Shown: in pieces, positions 11,788 to 22,337 of the stretch
How the letters are laid out: each line of letters begins with the position of its first letter
How positions within the stretch are numbered: the stretch's first letter is position 1
Assembly: GCF_036588685.1 (NCBI RefSeq)
Contig: NC_086386.1
Coordinates: forward strand, 58,218,001 to 58,282,000
Reading direction: 5' to 3'
DNA from: Mytilus trossulus
Lineage: Eukaryota
Length of the DNA stretch: 64,000 nt
The notes under the pieces: generated by a model
Database searches by the model: none
Told to the model about the DNA's origin: nothing
Seen by the model: only the letters and a program-made list of their open reading frames with translations
Translations under genes and position numbers: made by a program

Positions 11788-14514
11788 CAAATACTATTTC
11801 TTTAAATCTATTTTTCCTTAAGAAGAACAAGTATATAAATTGTCTGTTTAACATATTGTATGAAATAATTGATGAAATAGTATAACTATGTGGTATGTGC
11901 TTGACTCTCTGTTGAAGGCCGTATGGTGAATTATGGTTATTAATTTCTGTGTTATTTTGTCTCTTGTGAAGAGTTGTCTCATCGCCAATCATACCACATC
12001 TTCTTTTTTATATTGGTTGCATGCAGTAAAACTTTATTATCATATTGAACTCGTTTTTGTCCAGAAACTTATTGCTCAAATATGTTCTTCATATGATAAT
12101 AAATTATGAAAATGAACCATAGCAAACGCAAAAGATATTAGTTCTGTCTAAATACGTCTGTTCACATGTAGCTTACATTAAATAAATTTGCTTTACACGT
12201 AGTAAATATTTGTTATCATATGGAATTCGTTTTTTGTCCTGAAATGTATTGCTCAAACGTTTTCAAATATTTATAAAAAATATATATTCAGTCATTTATT
12301 GATATAAAAATTAATTTAAAAAAACGACATAATTTATATATTGCTCTGGTGGAAGTACGCCACTAATTCATGTTCCCATTACTTTCTATGTTATATTCCT
12401 CAATTTCAACCAGGCACACCTCTTTCATTTTAAGTTCAAATAAAGTGGCAATCATTGCATGTCAAACCAACACTTTATGGTGTCTTCTACTGATAAAATC
12501 AACATACCTTTAATCGCATATAAGAAAGAACTGGTTCCCGGAACTTTGGATGTACCAAAACAGGTACTTCAGATCTTACAAACAGACAAAATGTACCCTC
12601 TTTTTAAAATTTGGTGCAGTTTTTTTAATATTTAAAATTAAAAGTCCAAAAGTGTTCTACAATGATCACCAGTCCTTCAGCTTTCATTTGATGCCAAAAA
12701 TATCTAAACATCCTACATATTTTATAAGTTACTCTCATGCGTAGGAACTATTTTGCGTTAAATATGTACTACTTTCTGGTATGTGTTTTCTGGCGGGGCC
12801 CGAATTAGTGGTGTTACACCTGGTGACAAATTTATAACTTACAAGAAATAATTACAAAATACACTTGAGAAAATACTTCTTCATTCTGAAAATAAAACCT
12901 TAATAAAATTTCAACAACAAATCATTTATAAGTATCCAACTTTGCCAATCTTGTCGAATAAACACAACAGATAGAAGGGTTCCCGTGTAATCAGTTATGT
13001 AATTTGACACGTGTCGAACGGTTCAATCCACCATTTTCTACATTTGAAAATGCATGTACCAAGTCAGGAATATGACAGTTCTTGTCCATTGGTTTTTGAT
13101 GTGTGTTTCATTTGATTTTGCCACGTGATTATGGACTTTTCGATGGAATTTTCCTCTGAGTTCAGTATTTTTGTGATTTTTTTTTCATTGATTTTCGGCA
13201 CATATAAAAAACCAGACACGTGTCTAAATAATGTTGAATATCTGGTTTATTTATGATTATTTTTCTATAAAATTTGAATTTTTTTCCATTAAATATCAAT
13301 ATCTAACATTATATGGAAAGAAATTACAGCATCCCATCTAGTCCTTAGTGGCATGTTATATGGCCTTAGTGCACTAAGGACTCCTTAGCAGTGTTAAGAC
13401 GCACCCTGAACTTACAAGCCCGACAGGAAATCGCTTGAATACCTGGACGTGTCACCTCACACTACCTTTGGGAGTAATACCTTTAGCCATGCGGATGATC
13501 AGATAAGGGAAGGTCCGAATTTATTTAAATAAGTTGATTACATAAAAGAATTATGAACAAATTAGATTTTCGAAAACAATTTTCACGGAACACTTATTTA
13601 AGAGCATTTATGACTTTGAATTTTGACTTTTAAACTTATTCCTATATAAACAGTTTTAAAACGACAGACCACGGTTATTTAAAAATAATAACATTTCCGT
13701 ATCAAGTTAGTTAGTCGGATAAAACAACAGTACGATATCATTGACAAAATATCGACACTTCATTACGACTTCATTAGGTTACTGTTGTTTTGGTCCTTTG
13801 TGGTTTATAGACATATCGTGGCTTCTAATCGGAGGAGATGCCAAAACGGCGGCACGCAGAGAAATCTTTAATATTTATGAATTTGAGCAATTTTATACAG
13901 AATGGACATAATATCAATTCTTAATTTTTTTGCGAAGTTTCCCTTTAAGTTCGGATAAATTTTTCATGTTTAGTAAAAGATCCTTTAAACTTCTCATAGG
14001 TTGAGATATACCTGTTATTTTACAAGTAATGCAATCGAATACGTGTATTTTGTATGGAGTTTGAATTCGAAGTCATACAACTGATATATGTTAAATTGTA
14101 AATTAAACTAAATCGTTCTATTCATTTATTTTCTCGGTTGATCTGTATTCATGTCCTTGATTATATATATATATATATGCGTTTTACTAGTGTATCATGT
14201 GTATATGTTTTTTTTAAATTCAGTTTTGTCAACAGACAAGATGGCTTTTACTATCTGATACGAACCACTAAAACTGGTGATCTTTATGTTTTTGTTTCCT
14301 GTCGTTAATGTGGTAAACACATTACAGTTGATAACATTTCCGTGATCGTTCTCTGTTGCAATGATTTCCACTGTTATATTTGATTTTTATGCAAGGAATG
14401 CTGACATAACGTTACAATGTTCTAATTGTTAAATAAGTTTATCAGTTGAAAACCGTTTTTTTCGAATAAAGCAGTTAGTTATATATGTTTAATGAAGTTA
14501 ATGTTTATATCATG

Positions 14515-17200
14515 TAATGAGTGATTAAAGATACCAAACCTTTAAGTGAATGACCAGACCTCACGATTTGTCATCCAATCTCTTTAGAACTAATTGAAAA
14601 AATACTATTTTGAGCTAACAAAACACATAAAATATACAATTTTGCTTCTATATAACATACGTTATTATCAAATTTAATGTAGATATATAATAGCAACACA
14701 TTATTGGAAATTAAAATACAAATCAGTATAGTTTCATTTACGATATTAGTTATATATATTCATTTTTTTGTCGATGTTCTCGTGCTTATCTATTGTGTGT
14801 CAGTCTAAAAACCATTTCTCACTCTCCGTATTATATTTTGAAATTGAATGAGTATAACGTATATATAATTTGTAGATATATTTATTAAATGGATATACAT
14901 CTAACGTCTCAGCGGAAATACAACAAAACAGTTAGACTCTTATTATCAATACACGCAGATACAAAAGCACTTGTAGTTAATGTAATATTTTAGTATTTAA
15001 TAGTCTCAATTCGAAACACTATTGATCCTTCTTGCACATGATCTCTGATTAATTATTGTTTGGAGGAAGTACTTTGTGTGTTCAACAACATCAGCAATTG
15101 TTTAATCATAAATACAATCATTTGTGTCATTTATTATTATTGAATGTTCTCTTTATAACATATGATTATATATTATATATGTTTTTTTAATTTAATTTTA
15201 ATTTTAAATACATGTATACATAAACCCTTACTAATAAAGTTTAAACATGGATAAATATGATGTGTATTGCTTGTTTGTTGCACCAACATATACGAACATG
15301 TTTAATAACGCTTTTTATATCATGACATTTATCTGATAGACGTCAGTCGCATCTCACAGATTTGCATCATACTAAGCCAGATTAGAATTGAGCGGATTAT
15401 CTTAAGCTGGTATATTATAAGCATGTCATTTGCTCGCTCAGTTGTTTTCTATGTACTTTCATTGTGAATAGCAAAATATATGTGAAACCATTCTTTTTTT
15501 TGTAACTCATTGGCAGTCCGACTAAAATCATACACAACGACCTTAATCTTAATGTAGTTTTATATAATTGAAGTTCGTCTCTCATATTAAACCGATAATT
15601 CGTTATCAACATGTATATCTATGTTGAAAAAACAATCCAGAGTTTAGAGGTTTTACACACGTGTTTATGTCAAATGTATTCCTAGATCTTTAGAGTAGCT
15701 TATAAATTGATACTGCCTTATTGTACTGGGATCGGTTTGCAAATCACGGCACCAAAGGAAGTTTTTTTGTTTGCACTAAAACTGGCACTGCAAATTACAA
15801 AATTGAATCAGATACATCTTGAAATATTAATTTTTCTTTTCTGTTGGCTATCTTAATGTGAATGCAAAATATAAAACAATGTGGCTGACATGTCGTGTGG
15901 ATCCACTCATACGCCTTCTGTATTAGTTCTTTGAGATAATAATAAGAAAGTTCCTTATTGCTGTACATTTTATGAATACATAGATTTATATAAATTTGTA
16001 TTTTCACGACCTAAAGATGAAATTAATATAGAACCAATACATATATACCAAGAAGTAGTGCGATGTCTGTCTTTTTTGTATTCTGACTTTTGTAATTGAT
16101 CACAATCTCGATTGTATGTATCTAGAATTGAAAGACTTTTGTACATTTAAATACTGATAACATACTACAAATGTAATAATACTTTAACATTAATAAAAAT
16201 GTATATAAACGTAAAGTATCATTACACAAACCACAGTAAGCTGTGTCGATGCTATATAAAATTGGTCGGTTATTTGCACCTTACTTTATCTTAACATACT
16301 CATGAGTAATGTTTTTTTTTTTTATCTATTTGTCAATTCTTATCTTTGAATTCAAACATAATGAGAAAGAGATAGTAACCGATGATTCTTATATTAAACA
16401 AGTCGATTTCTTGTAAACCATGTGTTTATAAAGACCATACTAAAATTATCAACCTTAAACGTAATTATTTAGCCATGCATTGGGGCGAATTATATGCAAC
16501 ATCGTCTTTTTGATCAAGATAGCTTACATAACGACATTTTAATTGTCACGTCCTCGAATTGAATGCAATGCAGAACTACTTAAATACTATCAAAGCGTAA
16601 TGATCAGTCCTCTTTCTTCACGTCTTGACTGATTGCATGCTTATCGTAATGAATCACAGCCATGATTAAAAATTTCCCAGACTGATAGCTGCTTGCACTT
16701 TTATATGCTCATTTTTAAGTACAAATGTGATCTTTATACACTTGATATTGAAATATAGCAAGATTAAATGATGTCATGTATGAACATACACACCCAGTTG
16801 ATTCATTGAAATGAATTATGTATAAATATGTAAAAATGAGGTCAACTCTTTCATAAATTTGTGTAATTATGCCATGTTGCGTTCGTAATATATTTCATTG
16901 CTACAATGTGTGCATGTAAAATAGCACAACATATATGTTGCTGTGCTGCTATTCAATGCGACTACGAACAAAACATAATATGTGACATACTAGTTTAGGG
17001 CAATGCAATATTTGTTGTTTGTCAATTGAACCAACTCAAAATTGAATCCTTTTTATTTTTAAAATCATAAACATCTTTGTTGATCTTATATGAGTGTGCA
17101 TAAGCAATATTTGACCACCAATCGTAAAATAAATATTCAGAATTGTATAGAGTTTCCTTATCACATTTTGTATTTAAATGTCACACCCTGTTTTGAATTT
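14515..17200. repeat. Second copy of the ~2.7 kb duplication
   Basis: Same orientation and block order as 3690-6405. Confidence 0.95.
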
Positions 17201-18427
17201 TGAAGAAAATGTTTTTATAGCCAGGTCAACCACTAACTTGTATAACACTCGCATTACATTTTGCTAGTTTATACTAATACATTTTAGACATGAGTATAAG
17301 CAAATATGCCTTTAAATTACTTCAACTTAAACTAAGCGTATTAAAAGTAAATCGTAAAACAATCATGTTTCAATATTTTGCTGTGTATGTCTGCAAACTT
17401 CGATCGAAGAATAGTGACACCAGCGCACTGTCATAGTTCTTTTTTTGTATATTGTTTTTAGTGGTTTATTATTTATGTTTTTTTTTGTCAATTCTGTACA
17501 TTTCTTGGCTTATTACGTATTAATTGCTTAATAATCAATTGATGATATTTTGTTGTTTATGTTTTCTTGCATGGCTTTTTAATGCTACTAGTTTAATGTT
17601 AAACACACCATGTTTGTGATTTACACTGAATACAGCAATTATAGCAACCCAACAGTTAGATTTTTATTTATTCGTGTCAAATTATTGCTTCTCTCTGTGT
17701 TTTTTTTCTGCTGTTACATAAAAACTCTGCAAACATGCTTATTTATTTAACAACATAATCACAAATTCACGTCAAGTAGTTTGGCATTTATTCTTTGATT
17801 GAAAATACAATCCATTGTTCCAGAAAAAAGAATGTAACTCTTCCATGTTGAAGTATTAATTTTAAAGTCATTGTGTTTACATTTAAAACAACTTGTTGAT
17901 TCTAATTAATATAATTGAAAAAACGGAAAATTAAATCCTGAAATGTGTCATTGTAATTCACATTGCGACTGTCTCTGAGTTTTGGTGAATAAAGATTAAA
18001 CGGAGTCAAATTTCCACAATAATTTGATCGAAAAAAAATTTCTTTTGAAAAATGTTCAATAACCAGTACATAGTTTTTATTTACAAGAATTAGTACTCGA
18101 TTAGAAATTGATATTATTCATCTACAAATGTAATCATAAACAAACCCAAAAATTAAAACTACGTTGTTGTCGAGTAAATATTAACATGGTTATAATGTGT
18201 CTAGAGGGTACTTAATGTCATTGAACATGTTGAAATACTTAACATTTGTCTACACTTTTCAGTTTCCCCGCACTTAATATTTTGTTTGCTTAAATTGACA
18301 AATCTTCCTCTTTGTGTCCAAATCAAATTACGTAATTATGAGAGGGACACAATAAGAAAAAAAAAAAAAAATTGTGTCTTAATGACATCAAATCAAGGAC
18401 AAGTAATTATCAAATCAAATTGTTTGA

Positions 18428-18811
18428 GGATGTACTTAGGTGAGGTTAGGTAAAATTTAAGAAATTAAGAAATTAAAATTGATACTATAAGCTGGTAGAT
18501 CTTCAATTAACGACAAAAATAAGCTGAACATATTGGAAGGTCATGGACCTCCTTTTCGAGATATTTGAGATTTAAAATATGGCGGGAAAAGGCTGACTCT
18601 TACTTTCACCTTATATTTGCATTGGTATTCTTAGGGTCTCAAAACAAAAGAAAGAAAATCAAGAATCTTCTAAAATTCATGAGCTATTAAATCTTATATG
18701 AAAAAATAAATGGGTGTTAAGGGGCAAAATATTTTACATTGTATTGTATGGAAAAACACCAAGGAGTTCGAACATTTGACACAAATTCCAGAACCTCACC
18801 TAAGTACATCC
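18428..18811. mobile_element. TTAA-type MITE, 384 bp
   Basis: Perfect 20-bp TIR ggatgtacttaggtgaggtt / aacctcacctaagtacatcc; flanks ttga / ttaa. Confidence 0.85.
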
Positions 18812-19328
18812 TTAAAAGAGATGTGAAATTGAGTCTGATTTCATTTGTCACATGCATGCATACGTTTATTCATTGGTTATTGCCTCAGCATGTCCTTTAA
18901 TCAGACCCCCAGCCGAGCTAAGTCAAATAAATTGCCATGTTTTATCAATTCTAGGATTTTCGAAAGGGTTTACACATTTTAAACCCCAAATAATGCATAT
19001 ACGCGTAAAAAAATCTGATTTTGAAGGGGAGTGCACTACCGCATTATATTCTTGGATTTTTCTGCGTACTTCTGTACGGAAAAGTGACAGTTTGTTCCTT
19101 TTTTAACATGATCCTTGTCAAATTATTGTTGTGTTCATTTGTCCTTTGAGTACTTGATTACTTCAGCCAGTTGTATAAGTAAGATAAAGTTGTTGCATGA
19201 TAACAATCACCTAAGTTTATCGCTCAGATCAACGCTAGATAAATGACAAGACGTCGGTACTTACTTATAGGCTGATTTGGTGCCTTTCCTGAATGTCTCG
19301 GAGAGTAAATGTAACAACAAACATGTCA

Positions 19329-19479
19329 TTGCAAGGTATATTAGATGAACAGCAAACGTGGCCTTCTTGACCAAAAGGAATTTGTTGATTTATATACACC
19401 ACACAGCTACAAAGACGCCTAACATTTGTAACGGCTCTTATGTTGCTCGGAAGAGTTTATGTAAATAAAAGGCAGCTTT
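19329..19479. repeat. 150-bp direct repeat, partner at 23913-24062
   Basis: ttgcaaggta.attagatg.acagcaaacgtggccttcttgac...ggaagagtttatgtaaataaa.ggcagcttt, roughly 90% identical by eye. Confidence 0.9.
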
Positions 19480-20061
19480 GTTAAGACTTTAACTCTTAAG
19501 ATATAAATAATAAGGACTTTGAGTTTTGGCATCACGGTAGAAAACCACGAATAGTCAATAAAACAGGTTAATGAATTACCTACCTTTTAAAAGAATCACA
19601 GACTTGGGACTATATCTCTTCATATTGACACCGTCACATTTAATGAACGAAGGAGGTAATCGATCAACATGTATGGTTATACAAGGAACATACAATCAAC
19701 GAATTAGATGTCAATATCAAAGTACGTTGTTCGCCTTAAGGTAAGTTATAACCAGTGATAGTCAAACTAATAAATTAATCTGAATATTGAAATAAAATAT
19801 ACATGGTGTGCCATTTTTTCAAACCACTAGATATTCACGATCAGCATTTATTGGGGCTAGTTCTTTTAATCCTTTTTTTTTTTAAAAGTATTATTTATTT
19901 GTTACATTTTTGCACCTCATTATTATCTTGTATTTAGGGGGGGGGGGCTATAATTTTTTTGAATTTTCTGTTGAAACATTTTCTGATGTGCACCTTTTGT
20001 TCATTGTTTAAAAGTATGTTGCTAACTCAACCGGATCTTATATCATTGACTTGTACTTTAA

Positions 20062-20334
20062 GGTGGTACCCAACACTTTCACTAAAATTAATTTGGTTCG
20101 TTTAATTTTCATAAAATTTTGACAATGTATTTACTTTGACCCTTTAACAAAAATATAAAAAATTCAAAAATTTTGAACCAACCGTTTTGTCAGAAAAAAT
20201 ACACTGGTTATATAGCAATTTGACAAACACCAATTTTGATCATTGAAAAGCTTAATATTCCCTTTACAACACAACGTAATTAAAACGTTTAGCTGACTTT
20301 ACAGAGTTATCTCCCTGTAGTGTTAGGTACCACC
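20062..20334. mobile_element. TTAA-TSD MITE (Kolobok/piggyBac-type), 273 bp
   Basis: TTAA|ggtggtacccaacact ... agtgttaggtaccacc|TTAA (16-bp TIR, 1 mismatch). Confidence 0.9.
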
Positions 20335-20353
20335 TTAAATAAACTCCGAGATC

Positions 20354-20582
20354 CTCTACAGTAAGGCCTAGGACACAAGGTCCTAGTCACCGTGTGCTGT
20401 CGCGGGGAGGCACTGTAGAAGTCGTGTTAGTGTAGAGGCTATGTACCGGCAGGACAGACTTACGCACTCGCTCGGCTTTCTTTTCCCCTATGAATATAAG
20501 CTATCCAGCGGCAGTTTAAGAGTCTATGACTCCCAACTGCACTAGGCGCATACACAAACCTGTGGCAACACCACCAGCACAC
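20354..20582 (-). ncRNA. HDV-like ribozyme fold with long J1/2, partly degenerate
   Basis: Minus strand: P1 GTGTGCT(20582-20576)/AGCACAC(20398-20392), P2 TCTACAGT/ACTGTAGA, P3 GCC/GAC with L3 TCCCCGC, P1.1 GG, P4 CTAGGAC/GTCCTAG, J4/2 GCCTT. Elements are in canonical HDV order. Confidence 0.65.
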
Positions 20583-21728
20583 ACTATATTAAGTGGGTAT
20601 ACTATAATCTGTTTTGTATTGTCTTTAATCATATTAATAAAATTCATTTTTTAAAACAATTCACAACCTGCTGTGTATCATATGAATATGTTGAAACAAT
20701 TGAACTATCTTTATATTTTCCCCGCAGTAAAAGAGAATATTTATTATACATTTTTATGAGTATTTAACCCTTCACGCAGGTATTTGCTCATTTGTGCATG
20801 CTGAATTGTGACATTCAAAACATATAATAAATCTGTTTTTTATCAAAAGGAACAAACGAATAATATGTTTCAAACAATTCATGGAAATGATGCTGGATTT
20901 TATTCCTTTTCATGTTTTCACAGCATCAGATATTCAATTTGATCACACGATTAAAAACTCATATATTCACTCAAGCGTGAAAACAAATAACGAGTTCCGA
21001 ATAAAACCGAAGCGATATTACCAGACAAAACATATATACAAAACCACAAGACACCGTTTTAATGAATAAGTCCAAATCTATATTTTAATAAATTGGCCAT
21101 TATTTGAAATAATGCTGTTAAATTGCTTCAAGGGATCGATCAAAAGCGCTGTACTGAACATTGACAGTTATTTGTTTCAGTCGGGGAAATGTTGACTCCC
21201 GAAGATATACGTGATAATACGCTTAGATTTACTAGTCATTCAACTCTTAAAAGATGTTCATTTACATGAATGTTCCGGTCGCACCAGCTGATCGGAACTG
21301 ACTTTAATATGGCAAAACGTCTAATTGGAAATAATCCTTTTCAATTTGTTTTCTTCGTCAATAGATTAGCTTAAAAAAAGATGATTATGTCATTAAAAAA
21401 AGTAGCTCTGTGTTTACCAGCACAAGGTAATGGATCATTATACTGTATCAGAATATATCGGAAATTCTAAGATAATTCCCTGATATTTTATGAAAAGACA
21501 TTTACATCGTTGACATTTTCTGCCAGTAAGATCGTTAAACTCTCAGTATTGGTGATTAAGCCGTTGGATATTCATCATAGTAAGAAATGACAAAGTTAAG
21601 TCGTTTACCTGGGAACATTTTTTTTTTCAATAATGAAAAACAGTATCTGGATATACATAAGCACTGATTTATCTGGAGATCAATTAAATGCAAATATGCC
21701 AAAACTGGATTAGTTGAAATGACAGTGT

Positions 21729-21802
21729 TGTTAATGCAGCTCATTCGTTAAATACAGATGTAAATGCAGCTCAATTGATAAATACAGATGTTAATGCAGC
21801 TC
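21729..21802. repeat. 30-bp tandem repeat x2.5, ~90 bp upstream of the candidate first exon
   Basis: tgt(t/a)aatgcagctca....aaatacaga repeated. Confidence 0.8.
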
Positions 21803-21890
21803 TACTTTTTAATATAATTGTGAGTTTATTTAACAACACATACATTTGATTTGATAAACGACATTTCATATTTGTGTGATGCACTAGGAG

Positions 21891-22106
21891 ATGTCAATGT
21901 TGACCAGGAAGGGAACGATGGTTCGTAAGAACCGAGGGTCTTTAAAACGACAATCGGTTCGGAGACAAGGGAACGGATCCATAACAAGGAAACAACAAAA
22001 AACAACATCGGAAATGCCAGAATCTCCTCGTGTCATTGCTGTCAAGCAACAGGAATTTCAATATCCCCAGTCATCGCCGACAAGGAGTGTTGCAAGCACT
22101 ATTGTA
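21891..22106 (+). CDS. Probable first coding exon (72 aa, basic/Ser-Pro-rich), possibly of the TMEM272-like gene
   Basis: GC-richer open frame from ATG (MSMLTRKGTMVRKNRGSLKRQSVRRQ...SPTRSVASTIV) ending at a consensus GTAAGT donor in phase 0, compatible with the phase-0 start of exon 62145. Linkage to the downstream exons is inferred. Confidence 0.6.
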
Positions 22107-22291
22107 GTAAGTATTTACTTTTCCAGCATTGTTTTCGTAGGAAACTATCATCAGCGCACTGTCTTCATCAGTAAAAATTTTGCAAGTACTAATCACTTAT
22201 GTTATTCTTCCTTTTAATTTAACTGTGTTTTCAAATGTACGAAGTCGTAACGTTTGACACATGAAAAAAAGTGAAAAACATTTCAGTTTAA

Positions 22292-22337
22292 TTAGTTATC
22301 AAAGGTACCAGAATTATAATATAGTACACCAAACGCG
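22292..22337 (-). repeat. 3'-terminal fragment of hammerhead retrozyme
   Basis: Reverse complement cgcgtttggtgtactatattataattctggtacctttgataacta matches the retrozyme 3' end. Confidence 0.6.

Larger units (their letters stand above)
10291..13406. mobile_element. Non-autonomous Mutator-like (MULE) element with ~265-bp TIRs and 9-bp TSD
   Basis: Left TIR 10291-~10556 is the imperfect reverse complement of 12988-13406 (minus the 13025-13185 insert). TSD tgaacctac (10282-10290) / tgaacttac (13407-13415). No transposase ORF. Confidence 0.85.

Noticed and set aside
10180-13520. Reading frame rejoined across the MULE insertion (..SYRPCTLSNTF..)
   Set aside because: Only a superficial likeness to the RT NYRPISL motif; stops nearby and no further RT motifs.
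20350-20600. tRNA, tRNA-SINE or organellar insert as explanation of the GC-rich island
   Set aside because: No A/B boxes or cloverleaf seen; the HDV-like fold explains it better.
9960-21802. Short tandem repeats as CRISPR-like arrays
   Set aside because: No unique spacers, no cas genes, eukaryotic context.
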